From the NCBI GenBank assembly GCA_001029795.1, contig CP011216.1, positions 134,903 to 198,902 of the forward strand: 64,000 nucleotides of DNA, given 5' to 3'. The position numbers and the translations under genes were made by a program. The notes below the pieces were generated by a model. The model did not search any database. It was not told the DNA's origin and saw only the letters and a list, made by a program, of their open reading frames with translations. Below are positions 17,827 to 28,375 of the stretch, piece after piece (within the stretch, counting starts at the first letter, position 1; the number at the start of each line of letters is the position of its first letter). Origin of the DNA: a candidate division Kazan bacterium GW2011_GWA1_50_15 (lineage in GTDB: Bacteria; Patescibacteriota; Kazan-3B-28).

Positions 17827-19014
17827 ATGCGTCCGTATCACAGACAGGATTATTATTTGGCGGTGACCACTTTCGTGCTGGTCGTCTTTGGATTGATTAT
17901 GGTGGCTTCGGCTTCGGTAGTGGAGTCCTACGCCGCTACCGGCTCGAATAACTATTACTTCATTCGCCAATCCGTTTTTGCCGTGATCGGGATATTTTTA
18001 TGGTGGTTTTTACAGAAACTAGACTATCGCTACTGGAAACGCTGGGCGACTACTCTGCTGATCGTGGCTGGCGTATTGTTGGTGGCTGTGCTGATCCCAG
18101 GGTTGGGCGTAGAGGCGGGAGGCGCTCGGCGATGGATCGGGTTCGGTGATTTTACGTTGCAAGCCAGTGAGGTGGCCAAGTTCGCGCTGGTAGTGTACCT
18201 GGCGTATTGGTTCGAGAAGAAGGGACGGGAGATAACTGACTTTTACAAAACTTTTTTGCCGTTCGTGTTGGTTCTGGTGGGGGTGTTCTTTCTGGTTATG
18301 CAGGAGCCGGACTTGGGGACGGCATTAGTTATTGCTCTGATTGCTGGGACTATGTATATGGTAGCCGGGGCATCCTGGGGGCAGCTGTCTGGTCTAGTCT
18401 TGGCCGGGGTTGCTGGTGTGCTGCTACTGATCAAAGTGGCACCGTATCGCCTGAAACGGCTGTTAACGTTCCTTAATCCAAGCGCGGACCCGCTGGGGGC
18501 TGGGTACCACATCAATCAAGCGTTACTGGCTATTGGTTCGGGCGGTATCTTTGGGCTGGGATACGGTCATAGCCGCCAAAAGTACAATTTTCTGCCCGAG
18601 CCCTCATCTGACTCAATTTTTGCTATTATTGGGGAGGAGCTAGGCCTGATTGGGTCAGTCTTTCTGGTGATCATCCCTTTTGCTATCATCGTCTGGCGGG
18701 GCCTCCTGGTAGCCCGTAAGGCGCCAGATATGTTCGGTCGGATGATGGCGCTAGGGCTAACCTGTTGGATCGGATATCAGGCGATTATTAACATCGGCGC
18801 CATCGTGGGGCTATTCCCTCTAACTGGGGTGCCGCTGCCGTTCGTCAGTCTGGGCGGGTCATCACTGGTGATCATGCTAGCGGCTTCAGGAGTCCTCTTA
18901 AATATCTCCAAGCAGACGGTTAAAAGCACTGAAGATGAAAATCCTCTTAGCTGGTGGTGGAACTGGTGGGCACGTTATTCCCACACTGGCAGTAGCCGCT
19001 CAATTAGAAAGTAA
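17827..19014 (+). CDS. ftsW: Peptidoglycan polymerase FtsW
   Basis: Multi-TM SEDS protein; GARRWI, EPDLGT, PLTGVPLPFVSLGGSS. Confidence 0.93.
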   Translation: MRPYHRQDYYLAVTTFVLVVFGLIMVASASVVESYAATGSNNYYFIRQSVFAVIGIFLWWFLQKLDYRYWKRWATTLLIVAGVLLVAVLIPGLGVEAGGARRWIGFGDFTLQASEVAKFALVVYLAYWFEKKGREITDFYKTFLPFVLVLVGVFFLVMQEPDLGTALVIALIAGTMYMVAGASWGQLSGLVLAGVAGVLLLIKVAPYRLKRLLTFLNPSADPLGAGYHINQALLAIGSGGIFGLGYGHSRQKYNFLPEPSSDSIFAIIGEELGLIGSVFLVIIPFAIIVWRGLLVARKAPDMFGRMMALGLTCWIGYQAIINIGAIVGLFPLTGVPLPFVSLGGSSLVIMLAASGVLLNISKQTVKSTEDENPLSWWWNWWARYSHTGSSRSIRK

Positions 19015-20050
19015 GGCGCCTGATACCGAACTGCTATATATTGGTTCACGAGTATCATCTGACGCCAAGCTGGTTGAAGCCGCTGGTCTGCCGTTCAGAG
19101 CCATAACAACTGGCAAGTTGCGGCGCTATTGGTCGTGGCAGAATGTGGTAGATGTTTTTAAGTTCCTGACCGGTCTCGTCCAGGCTGGCAAAATCTTGCG
19201 CGAGTTCCGCCCCGATGTGGTATTTGCCAAGGGTGGTTATGTGGCCCTGCCGGTAGTACTGGCGGCTAAACGACAGCATATCCCAGTAGTGGTGCATGAA
19301 TCCGATAGTCGGTTAGGGTTGGCTAATCGGTTAGCTATTCCATCTGCTAGCAAAGTGGCGGTATCTTTTCCGATCGATGAGTATATCCGGCAGCAACCTA
19401 ATTTGGGGCGATATCGCGCCAAATTTATCTACACCGGGCTGCCCCTGCCAGATTCACTTCTACGCGATTCAGGTAGGCCGGTATTTAGCAATCAACGGCC
19501 GACTATCTTGGTGACGGGTGGTTCGCAGGGGGCCCAAGCGATCAACCAGGCGGTCTGGGAGATATTGCCGGAGCTATTGGCGAAATATAATCTAGTGCAT
19601 CAGGTTGGGGCGAACGGTCTGACGGAGGCTGAGCGGCACGTCCAGGTGTTACCACCGGGGTTGGGAGAGTATTATCGCCCATTCGGTTTTGATGCCGACT
19701 TCTATCAACAAGCATTGCACGCCGCTGATCTAGTGGTTGCTAGGGCCGGTTCGATGGTATTTGAGCTGCAGGCCCTGGCCAAGCCGGCGATCCTAATCCC
19801 TCTGCCGCACTCAGCCGGCGGTCATCAACATCGCAACGCCAAGTTCTTGGTTGAGCATGATGCGGCAGTAGCGATTGACCAAAGACAGCTAACCGCCAAT
19901 GGATTGATGGCGGTGATAGAGCAGCTGATGAGTGACCAAACTCTGCGCGAGCGGTTAGCCCAGAATTTGTCAACTTTAGGCAAGGTCAACGTAGCTGCCA
20001 GCCGGACGCTGGCCGATCTAGTTATAGCCACTGCTCAACATGTTAGGTAA
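18935..20050 (+). CDS. murG: MurG glycosyltransferase
   Basis: GGGTGGHV, KGGYV, GGSQGA motifs. Confidence 0.95.
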   Translation: MKILLAGGGTGGHVIPTLAVAAQLESKAPDTELLYIGSRVSSDAKLVEAAGLPFRAITTGKLRRYWSWQNVVDVFKFLTGLVQAGKILREFRPDVVFAKGGYVALPVVLAAKRQHIPVVVHESDSRLGLANRLAIPSASKVAVSFPIDEYIRQQPNLGRYRAKFIYTGLPLPDSLLRDSGRPVFSNQRPTILVTGGSQGAQAINQAVWEILPELLAKYNLVHQVGANGLTEAERHVQVLPPGLGEYYRPFGFDADFYQQALHAADLVVARAGSMVFELQALAKPAILIPLPHSAGGHQHRNAKFLVEHDAAVAIDQRQLTANGLMAVIEQLMSDQTLRERLAQNLSTLGKVNVAASRTLADLVIATAQHVR

Positions 20051-20639
20051 ATTAATTAAGGTCGGCCGCTGGCTGGTCATCGCTTTGCTCGTCATGGCGG
20101 TGTTGTTCGTGGCGATCAACAGCCAGTTTTTTATTAAGCAAGTAAATTTTTGGTGGGGGCAGGATGTGTCGCATAAAGCCATCCCGATTAACCCTACGGC
20201 TACTGACGTTCCCGACCAGATTCAGATCCCAGCGTTGCAGGTCCAGGCTCCATTGGTCTATATTGACAGCACTGACGTGTTAACGGTGCAGTCGGCTCTA
20301 GCCCAAGGGGTGGTACACTATCCGGGGACGGTTCTACCTGGGGAGTTTGGCAATGCGTTCTACTTTGGGCATTCATCGGATTTTATTAGTAAACCTGGCC
20401 GCTATAAAACCGTGTTTGCCTTGTTGCCGCGTATCGAAATTGGCCAAGAGATATTGGTCAATGACGGCCGGGGCCGCCAATTCACTTACCGGGTAGTGAG
20501 TAAGCAGGTAGTCCCGGCGACTGCGACGGAATGGTTGGACCAAGGCGACCGCCGCAGGAGGCTACTTACTCTTCAAACATCATATCCGGTAGGGACAGCG
20601 ATAGCGCGTTATATCGTTCAGGCGGAGATCAAGCAGTGA
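20040..20639 (+). CDS. Sortase-family protein with Ser at the catalytic Cys position
   Basis: N-terminal TM, GVVHYPGT..PGE.GN...GHSS, LTLQTSYP..T..R. Confidence 0.8.
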   Translation: MLGKLIKVGRWLVIALLVMAVLFVAINSQFFIKQVNFWWGQDVSHKAIPINPTATDVPDQIQIPALQVQAPLVYIDSTDVLTVQSALAQGVVHYPGTVLPGEFGNAFYFGHSSDFISKPGRYKTVFALLPRIEIGQEILVNDGRGRQFTYRVVSKQVVPATATEWLDQGDRRRRLLTLQTSYPVGTAIARYIVQAEIKQ

Positions 20640-20678
20640 AGCATGAATTATGAATAATGAATTATGAACGGGGAGAAG

Positions 20679-22058
20679 ATGAAAAATAAGCAATATTTTT
20701 TGGTCGGGATCGGAGGGATCGGGATGCAGGCGGTGGCAAGACTTTTGGCGGCTAACGGTCACCGCGTGTCAGGTTCTGATGTGGGCGATTTCGAAGCACG
20801 CATGGATTTGAAGTGCGCGGGGATCGAGACGTTCGTTGGTCATGATGCCGCCCATATTACCAAGAACATCGACGAAGTCATCTACTCGGCGGCTATTCCC
20901 GAGACCAATCCCGAACTGCAAGCCGCTCGAAAACTCAACATCCCGGTTCGGCGGAGACTGGAACCGATCGGCGAGATAATGAAGACCAAGACAGGCATTG
21001 CGATCGCTGGGACTCACGGAAAAACTACCGCTACGACCATGCTAGCGCTGATCTTGCAGGCGGCCGGCCGAGATCCGCTGGCTTTGATCGGAGCCGAGGT
21101 AAAAGACGCGCACTCGAACGTGATGCTGGGGCACGGTTCATTAATGGTGGTAGAGGCTTGCGAATATAGCCGGTCGTTTCTTGATCTGAACCCGAAGATC
21201 ATCGTTATCACCAATATTGAGGCGGATCATCTAGATTATTATCGCGATCTAGATGACATCAAAGACGCATTCACTGATTTTCTAAAGAAACTTCCGTCCG
21301 ATGGCATTATTATCGCTAATGGCGATGATCCCACGGTGCGCGAGGTGGTGGGGCGGGTGAACCGTAAGGTGGTCTGGGCGGGGCTTGGCGAAGGGAACGA
21401 TCTGCGAGCTACTAACTTGGAGTACAGGGAAGGGCGTCTGCATTTTGCCGTCAATGGAACTAAGTTGCACCTACAAGTGCCCGGTCGGCACAACGTTAGC
21501 GATGCCGTGTTGGCCTGGGGCGCGGCCCGAGCCGTAGGGGTGGACGATGTCACGGTCAAGCATGTGTTGCAGGATGAGTTTAAGGGTATTCAGCGGCGGT
21601 TCGAGATCCTCGGGACTACGCGAGGGGTTACTTTCGTCGATGACTATGCTCATCATCCCACCGAGATCACAGCAGTATTGGAAGGGACGCGGGAGTATTT
21701 TGGCGACCGGAGACTTTGGGTAGTTTTCCATCCGCACCAATTCAGCCGGACTCGGTTGCTGCTGCACGACTTTGCTAAAAGTTTTGTTGGCGTTGATACA
21801 GTTTTGGTCGCGCCGATCTATGCCGTGCGCGATAGCGAGGCAGATAAAAAGTCGATCAGCAGCGAGCAGTTGGTGGACGCGATCAATCAAATCAGTAACA
21901 ATGCCAAATACGTGGGTGACTTTGCCAAGATCGAAGAGTGGTTAGAAGCCAAGCTCCAGCCGGGCGACGTGGTGCTAACCATGGGTGCGGGGCAAGCTAA
22001 TCTCTTTGGGATCAAGCTATTAGATCGGTTAAGAAGCCAGTCGCAGGCGGTATTCTAA
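20679..22058 (+). CDS. murC: UDP-N-acetylmuramate--L-Ala ligase
   Basis: GIGGIGM, AGTHGKTTAT, DDYAHHPTE. Confidence 0.96.
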   Translation: MKNKQYFLVGIGGIGMQAVARLLAANGHRVSGSDVGDFEARMDLKCAGIETFVGHDAAHITKNIDEVIYSAAIPETNPELQAARKLNIPVRRRLEPIGEIMKTKTGIAIAGTHGKTTATTMLALILQAAGRDPLALIGAEVKDAHSNVMLGHGSLMVVEACEYSRSFLDLNPKIIVITNIEADHLDYYRDLDDIKDAFTDFLKKLPSDGIIIANGDDPTVREVVGRVNRKVVWAGLGEGNDLRATNLEYREGRLHFAVNGTKLHLQVPGRHNVSDAVLAWGAARAVGVDDVTVKHVLQDEFKGIQRRFEILGTTRGVTFVDDYAHHPTEITAVLEGTREYFGDRRLWVVFHPHQFSRTRLLLHDFAKSFVGVDTVLVAPIYAVRDSEADKKSISSEQLVDAINQISNNAKYVGDFAKIEEWLEAKLQPGDVVLTMGAGQANLFGIKLLDRLRSQSQAVF

Positions 22059-22933
22059 TGTTGAAACGGGGGTTCGCTGCCAATTGGTTTACTAAAAAAC
22101 CGAGGCGTCCAATGGCGCAGCGGGTAGTGTTGTACAATCGGCAGCAGCGATCCGGCCGGGCGCTGCAGCGCGAATCATTCAGACCTCGTCTGAGGCTGCC
22201 TCAGGTGCGGGTAGATCTATCTCGGGGCAGTTCGGCGTGGTGGTCAAAGTTGGCGGTACTGATCGGTCTGGGGTTGGTTGGTTATCTGATATTTGGGACC
22301 AGCATGTTCACTCTGGATACGTTAAGAGTGGCAGGTACGCACTTAACTGATCCTCAAACCGTGCAGGATGTGTTGTTCCCGCATGGTTTTACTCGCATTA
22401 ACGCACTCACTTGGTGGGAGGGCCGAGCCAGACGCAAGGTGCTGTCGCTACCTCAGGTCCAGGAGGTGCATTTTAGCAAGAACCTGATCTCGGATACCTT
22501 GATTGTGGAGGTGACCGAACAGCAGACCGCGATAGTCTGGCAGACGGCCGGGGAAAAGTTTTTGGTCAATCGCTACGGGGTGGTCTATGACCGAGCGGAG
22601 GAGGGGAGTCCGCTTTTGACTATTGAGGACTTGAAAAATATTCCGGTAAGTTTAAATCAGCGTATCATCACTCCGGAATTCTTGGATTTTGTAACGAGTT
22701 TTGCCGCGAACTTGCCGCGGAAGACCAATTTGGTCATTCGCCGAATTACCGTACCCGAGACCACGTTTGAAGTCGAGATGGAGACCAGCGAGGGGTGGAG
22801 GATTATTTTAGACACAACCAGCAGCTACGAAGAGCAGTTGAATAATCTAGTTCGGGTTCTCCAAGAGATGGGGGACCAGAAGCCGAGGGAGTATGTGGAC
22901 TTAAGGGTCGGCAAGAAAGTTTTCTACCGCTAG
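22058..22933 (+). CDS. ftsQ: FtsQ/DivIB-like POTRA protein
   Basis: TM, POTRA-like region, C-terminal EYVDLRVGKKVFY; dcw position. Confidence 0.75.
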   Translation: MLKRGFAANWFTKKPRRPMAQRVVLYNRQQRSGRALQRESFRPRLRLPQVRVDLSRGSSAWWSKLAVLIGLGLVGYLIFGTSMFTLDTLRVAGTHLTDPQTVQDVLFPHGFTRINALTWWEGRARRKVLSLPQVQEVHFSKNLISDTLIVEVTEQQTAIVWQTAGEKFLVNRYGVVYDRAEEGSPLLTIEDLKNIPVSLNQRIITPEFLDFVTSFAANLPRKTNLVIRRITVPETTFEVEMETSEGWRIILDTTSSYEEQLNNLVRVLQEMGDQKPREYVDLRVGKKVFYR

Positions 22934-23018
22934 GTTGCCAGCCAAGGGGTTGGTGTGGTATAGAGATGGCGGGGGCATAGTCTCCTAGCTCTTTGATTAG
23001 TACCAGTCCACAGGAGGT

Positions 23019-23519
23019 GTGATGGATATGGTTAAGGCGATCATTGAATATTGTCCATGGGGCGGAAATCCCCATCGTCGCTGGGTGCTGGTGGATGCTC
23101 AAGTCCAACTCCAGGGACAGCTGCCGGGCAAGTGGCGGATGAATGGCTGGAGTAGCGGGCAGGCGGTGTTCGAGGAGGATTTGATCGAATTAGCAGGCGC
23201 TCTGCCGCGGTTCGTCTTTACTCCTCGTCGTCAACGTCAAGGGCAAGCAGCTCTCTTTGACCAAAGCGAACCGGGGACCTGGGACTTCGACCAGGCGGCT
23301 GGTACGTTTCAGTTGGTGGCACCGGGTCGGCCAACAGTAGAAGGACGGCCGGAGGCGCCGATCGTGCTCGGTCAGGACTTAGTCCAGTTGGCCGGATGGC
23401 TGCCAGGCGTTATCTATAGATTACGTGAGCGGGCTGACCAGAGCGATGCATCGGGCCGACACGAGACGATGATCGTTCTCAGGCAGGACGACGTGGTTGA
23501 AGCCATGGTTGGCGGCTAG
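23019..23519 (+). CDS. Hypothetical protein
   Basis: 166-aa ORF with AGGAGG SD and its own terminator. Confidence 0.55.
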   Translation: MMDMVKAIIEYCPWGGNPHRRWVLVDAQVQLQGQLPGKWRMNGWSSGQAVFEEDLIELAGALPRFVFTPRRQRQGQAALFDQSEPGTWDFDQAAGTFQLVAPGRPTVEGRPEAPIVLGQDLVQLAGWLPGVIYRLRERADQSDASGRHETMIVLRQDDVVEAMVGG

Positions 23520-23529
23520 CGGATGCTTA

Positions 23530-23558
23530 GTGGGAGAGAATTCCTCTCCCACTTTTTT
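23530..23558 (+). terminator. Intrinsic terminator
   Basis: GTGGGAGAG-AATTC-CTCTCCCAC followed by a T run. Confidence 0.7.
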
Positions 23559-23618
23559 ATGCTCGCCAACAGGGGCCTGTGCTATGATAGAAAGTGCTTA
23601 ATTTCCCAGGGAGGTTTT

Positions 23619-25088
23619 ATGCAGTTGGCTTGGTATCGCAAATACCGGCCCCAGACATTTTCCGAGGTGGTGGGGCAGGCTCATATTAAGACTACGCTAT
23701 TAAATCAGATCAAAGCGGGCAGTTTTGGCCATGCTTATTTATTCGCGGGTCCGAAGGGGACGGGCAAAACTTCTATCGCTCGAATACTGGCCAGAACAGT
23801 TAACTGTTTGGATACCAATTCTCCAGCTGGCGAAGGCGAAGCGTGCGGTAAGTGTGCTATGTGCCAAGCCTTCGACCATGGCCAGATGCTGGACCTGATC
23901 GAGATCGATGCCGCTTCTAATACCGGGGTAGATAACATCCGCGATCTGATTGACAAAATCGCTCTGGCCCCGACCATGGGGAGATTTAAGATCTACGTTA
24001 TCGACGAAGCGCACATGTTATCGAAAGCGGCTTTTAACGCGCTGTTGAAAACTCTAGAGGAACCGCCAGCGCACGCCATCTTTGTGCTAGCGACTACTGA
24101 ACCGCAAAAGTTCCCGGCTACTATTGTTTCACGGTGTCAGCGATTTGATTTCCACTATCTGACCGTGTCTGAGGTGGCAGATTGGTTGAAGACGGTGGCG
24201 GTGAAGGAACAGGTCAAGCTGGCCGACGCGGCGGCCGAACTGTTAGCGCAGGAGGCCGGCGGGAGTATGCGGGACGCTATCGCGCTTTTAGAACAAGCGG
24301 CCGCTGCCGGCGGAGAGATCACCAAAGACCAGCTAACAAGTTGGTTGGGCCTGGTCGATTGGACAACAGTATATCAACTTATGCAAAAGGTATTGGCGGG
24401 CGAGACTAAAGCCGCCACTGCGCAACTGGCCCAGATCTACCAAGACGGTTACGATCTACATCGGTTGGCAATAGCCTGGATCGCGCTGGTGCGTCAGATC
24501 TTGACTGTGAAGCTAGGCAATGCGTCCGAGCTGGGTTTAAGCGCCGATCGAGAGCGTCAGCTTGGGCCGCTGGCCGAACAACTCACTTTGGGCGAGATCG
24601 CTTGGCTGCTGGAAGATCTGATGCAGGCGGCAACCGACATTAAAACGGCGGCGGTGGTTCAGTTGCCGTTGGAGTTGGTGATAGTGAGAGCGGTACATCA
24701 ATTAGCGTCGGCGGGACATAATAATGATAATGATCAGCCGCCGAGTAGTAATATGACGCAGCCTCCGGTTAGCAACAAGACTGGCGATCCAAAGGACGCA
24801 GTAGAAAATTGGCCGCGGGTAGTGAGTGCGGTGCGGGAGACCCATCCAACTTTGGCCGCTCTGCTGGGGCAGGCGCACGTTGACCAACAAAGCAATAAAC
24901 TGCGGGCAACATTTGGCTTACCGTTTCACAAAGAGATGGTGGAGCAACCAGCCAACCGCCAGGTGGTGATGGGAGCGCTGCAGCGCCTGGGGTGGGAGTG
25001 TACAATAGAGTGTGTCGTGGATGCCAAACCGGCCACGCCTAAGGGCGTAGCGGTCGAAGAAGTTCTCCAGGTCTTCGGGCAAGTTTAA
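23619..25088 (+). CDS. dnaX: DNA polymerase III subunit gamma/tau
   Basis: YRKYRPQTF, GPKGTGKTS, IDEAHML, SRCQRF; ATG after GGAGG. Confidence 0.96.
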   Translation: MQLAWYRKYRPQTFSEVVGQAHIKTTLLNQIKAGSFGHAYLFAGPKGTGKTSIARILARTVNCLDTNSPAGEGEACGKCAMCQAFDHGQMLDLIEIDAASNTGVDNIRDLIDKIALAPTMGRFKIYVIDEAHMLSKAAFNALLKTLEEPPAHAIFVLATTEPQKFPATIVSRCQRFDFHYLTVSEVADWLKTVAVKEQVKLADAAAELLAQEAGGSMRDAIALLEQAAAAGGEITKDQLTSWLGLVDWTTVYQLMQKVLAGETKAATAQLAQIYQDGYDLHRLAIAWIALVRQILTVKLGNASELGLSADRERQLGPLAEQLTLGEIAWLLEDLMQAATDIKTAAVVQLPLELVIVRAVHQLASAGHNNDNDQPPSSNMTQPPVSNKTGDPKDAVENWPRVVSAVRETHPTLAALLGQAHVDQQSNKLRATFGLPFHKEMVEQPANRQVVMGALQRLGWECTIECVVDAKPATPKGVAVEEVLQVFGQV

Positions 25089-25136
25089 TCCTTCGTTTTT
25101 AACTTATCACTTGTCACCTATAACTTTTCACTGACC

Positions 25137-26483
25137 ATGGCCGACCTAACGCCACCTCAAAATCTGGACGCGGAACAGTCGCTTTTGGGCGCTATGCTTT
25201 TGGATAAGGAAACAATGGCGCGAGTGGTAGACGTGGTCCGGCCCGAGGATTTTTACGATGAGCGGCATGGGTTCGTTTTTGGCGCTATGCGCGAGCTGTA
25301 CGACAGCCATCGGCCGGTCGACCTAGTTACGGTAACGGAAGTGCTGGCGAATCAGGGGAATTTGGAGAGGGTCGGCGGGGCGAGTAAGTTGGCCGCATTG
25401 ACCACAGGCACTCCCAGTGCCGCCCACGCTGCCCAGTACGCCGAGATAGTGGCCAACAAAGCAACTCTGCGCCGGCTGATCTCAGCCGCCAGTATGATCG
25501 GGGAGCTGGCCTTTAAGGAAACCGCTAATTTAGATGAGACATTGGATCGGGCCGAACAAGCGCTGTTTAACGTATCGCGCAAACACCTCAAAACCTCGTT
25601 TATTCCCGTCAAAGAGGTCTTGAGCGGCGCTTTTGAACGGATCGACGCTTTATATGAGAACCGCGGGCAACTCAGGGGTATCCCAACCGGGTTCAAGGAT
25701 TTGGATGATTTGCTAGCCGGTCTGCAGGGCGCCAACTTGATCATTGTGGCGGCGCGGCCGAGTATGGGTAAAACCTCTTTTGCATTGAACGTAGCAGCGA
25801 ACGCGGCCGGACACGGCCACTATAGCGTGGGGATATTTAGCCTAGAGATGTCCAAAGACGAATTAGTCGAACGGCTATTAGCCTCGGAGGCGAACATTGA
25901 TTCATGGAAGATGCAGACAGGTAATTTGAACGAACAGGACTTCCCAGCTATCTCTGAAGCCATGGGCAAATTGGCTGAGATGCCTATTTACATTGATGAC
26001 ATTGGGTTTATTAACGTCCTGGAGATCAGATCAAAGGCTAGACGGTTGAAGGCTGAAAAAGGATTGGATCTGCTCATTATTGATCACATGCAGTTGATGG
26101 AGGGCTCAATGCGCCGCGACGAGAGCCGAGTACAGGAGATGTCAGAAATTTCTCGGTCATTGAAGGCGCTGGCCAAGGAGCTCAATATCCCCATTATCGC
26201 TATTTCACAGTTGTCACGAGCCGTGGAACAGCGTGAGCGGAAGATCCCGCAGTTGTCCGATCTGCGCGAGAGCGGGTCGATCGAACAAGACGCCGACGTG
26301 GTGATGTTCATCTATCGTGAGGAGTACTACAATCCCAAGACTGAACGCAAGAATGTGGCGGATATCCTGATCGCCAAGCATCGTAACGGGCCAACGGGCA
26401 GAGTAGAGATCTACTTTGACGCTAGTCGGATGCAGTTCAGGGACTTGGAGCGGCGGCGGGAGGAAGCCCCGGTAGCGGCTTAG
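25137..26483 (+). CDS. dnaB: Replicative DNA helicase
   Basis: AARPSMGKT, SDLRESGSIEQDAD, KHRNGPTG. Confidence 0.97.
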   Translation: MADLTPPQNLDAEQSLLGAMLLDKETMARVVDVVRPEDFYDERHGFVFGAMRELYDSHRPVDLVTVTEVLANQGNLERVGGASKLAALTTGTPSAAHAAQYAEIVANKATLRRLISAASMIGELAFKETANLDETLDRAEQALFNVSRKHLKTSFIPVKEVLSGAFERIDALYENRGQLRGIPTGFKDLDDLLAGLQGANLIIVAARPSMGKTSFALNVAANAAGHGHYSVGIFSLEMSKDELVERLLASEANIDSWKMQTGNLNEQDFPAISEAMGKLAEMPIYIDDIGFINVLEIRSKARRLKAEKGLDLLIIDHMQLMEGSMRRDESRVQEMSEISRSLKALAKELNIPIIAISQLSRAVEQRERKIPQLSDLRESGSIEQDADVVMFIYREEYYNPKTERKNVADILIAKHRNGPTGRVEIYFDASRMQFRDLERRREEAPVAA

Positions 26484-26509
26484 CCGTTGCGGTCGGGTAT
26501 AATAGGAGG

Positions 26510-27784
26510 GTGAGTAACCGGCCGCATTTTTTATTACAGCTCATCAGGTGGGACCTGCGAGCGACTCTAGCCCTGGCCCTGGGTTTGGTGATCTTGGTGG
26601 GTTGGAGTTTAGCGGCGAGCGATGCCATGATAGCGTTCGATTTTGGGACAGCTTCTTTTGCCGACTTGAACTCGGGCGATATTCGGGTATCAGGCGGAGT
26701 GAGCTTATACCCGCAGACATCGGGGACGATTAGTTTTGGCTGGGTTAGCCCCGACATTACTGAGTTCAGTGATGGAGCGAATGTGAGCAATAAACGGAAT
26801 CGGGACTACAATGGCGGTCAGCCGCCAAACACTTTCCGGATCAGCGGCCTACCGGTTGGCAGTTATAAATTTAGCGCGACGGTGGGGACGGCGTCGGGGA
26901 CCCTGTCAACCCGGATGACGATTGGCGATAAAACCACAACTATCACTAAAAGTGACGGTTGGGGGACCATCTCGCTGATAACTAATGTGGGAGGCGACAG
27001 CGTCGACATCAATTTCTCTAGCGCTAACGGGGGAGACAGCTGGGGGATCAACGCGTTATTGATCAATCTTAGTACCGGGGCAGTGCCGCAGCCGGGGTTT
27101 AGTTTGAGCGCTGTGCCGGCTACCCAGCAGGTAATTGCTGGCGGGGTAGCCACTTTCGCGATCGGGATTACCCCATTCAATAACTATACGGGGACGGTAT
27201 CGTTCAGTGCGGCTGGGATAACGCCAGGAGTTACAGCAGCGTTCGTCCCATCACAGTTATCTAGTCTGCCAGGCAGCAGCGAGTTGCGGCTGGCGACCAC
27301 GGCGCAGACCTCACCGACTATCTACGAGGTCCTGGTTACAGCCGCGGGCAATGACAGCCAAGTTGTAACCAAGACGGCCATGGTAAAGCTGGTAGTGATA
27401 GCGGGGTCAGAGCCCAGTCCGCCAACTCAGCCGGGCGGAGAGGTGGTGAGTCCAGACGCTGTTTCGCCGCGGAGTGACCAAGAGGTCAAGGATGAATTTG
27501 CTTTAGTTGACCAGTATGTCCAACAAGTAGAGCAGCAGAGATTGGTCCAACCAAAAGAGGTAGTAGAACTGCAAACCATTAGTGATAGTATGGCCGGATT
27601 TCCCCTGGGGACTTTTGAACTCCCACCGCCTAAAACTAGCCTGGAGGCCTCGTTGCAGTTTCTTACCCGCGCCGGTATAATAGATTCGACTCTTAGTACT
27701 GCGTCCAGAAGCGACCAGCGCGCGCCGAAGCCACTAGGATTTTGGGCAAGGTTCTGGGGAGCGGTATCATCACCGGTGCAATGA
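26510..27784 (+). CDS. Secreted or surface Ser/Thr/Gly-rich beta-sandwich protein
   Basis: N-terminal hydrophobic segment, beta-strand-rich Ig/CBM-like composition. Confidence 0.6.
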   Translation: MSNRPHFLLQLIRWDLRATLALALGLVILVGWSLAASDAMIAFDFGTASFADLNSGDIRVSGGVSLYPQTSGTISFGWVSPDITEFSDGANVSNKRNRDYNGGQPPNTFRISGLPVGSYKFSATVGTASGTLSTRMTIGDKTTTITKSDGWGTISLITNVGGDSVDINFSSANGGDSWGINALLINLSTGAVPQPGFSLSAVPATQQVIAGGVATFAIGITPFNNYTGTVSFSAAGITPGVTAAFVPSQLSSLPGSSELRLATTAQTSPTIYEVLVTAAGNDSQVVTKTAMVKLVVIAGSEPSPPTQPGGEVVSPDAVSPRSDQEVKDEFALVDQYVQQVEQQRLVQPKEVVELQTISDSMAGFPLGTFELPPPKTSLEASLQFLTRAGIIDSTLSTASRSDQRAPKPLGFWARFWGAVSSPVQ

Positions 27785-27966
27785 CACTTTTGAGCAAAGA
27801 ATTTGTCCATGCGTTCAAACTTGAAGCAAGACGCCAAGAGGGGTTTACTAATTCCTTCTGGCGGCAGTTAGCGGTTATCTTGGTGGCTATCGCCATTATC
27901 AACTGGGTAGGACCCAAGATCATTCTCTACGGAACAAACATCACCGCGAACTGGACCGGAATGTAA
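27781..27966 (+). CDS. Small membrane protein
   Basis: 61 aa from ATG 27781 overlapping the upstream stop; one TM segment. Confidence 0.45.
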   Translation: MTLLSKEFVHAFKLEARRQEGFTNSFWRQLAVILVAIAIINWVGPKIILYGTNITANWTGM

Positions 27967-28027
27967 TAAAAAGCGCGGAACGGCGCTTTACCAATTGCTC
28001 TGGCTTGTCCAGAATCTTTTATTTATC

Positions 28028-28255
28028 TAAGCGCCTGCGCGGCGCTTAACCCGCAATTATCTTTGCCACCTCATTTGCTTGTCCAAACGGGGTGGCGCCC
28101 CAAAAGACACCCCACTCACCGATTGCTAGCCAAACAGAAAAATTGACCTTTCTGGACTTAACGCAAACTTGCCCCGACTTTCAGCCGGGGCTTTGAACAA
28201 TGCTATCTATACCGGGCAATTTTTCTATTGGCGGACGCAATCGGCTCGAAGGGGT
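28028..28255. repeat. Structured intergenic element family B, copy 3
   Basis: Same hairpin/hairpin/long-stem order; AAACTT-hairpin-TGAACA motif; most similar to copy 4. Confidence 0.75.
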
Positions 28256-28375
28256 AGCGGAGAAATGGACGACCCTCCACTGACGGGCCAGTAAAGAAAT
28301 AAAGAGAAGTCTCGACTTGCCATCTCTCTTGCTAACCTGCTGACCAGCTGTGGTCTGTGCTAAAATGTGAGGGTT

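Noticed and set aside
18935-19014. 80-nt ftsW/murG overlap (also 71-nt rbfA/DHH overlap)
   Set aside because: Best explained as non-conserved C-terminal run-on into the next gene.
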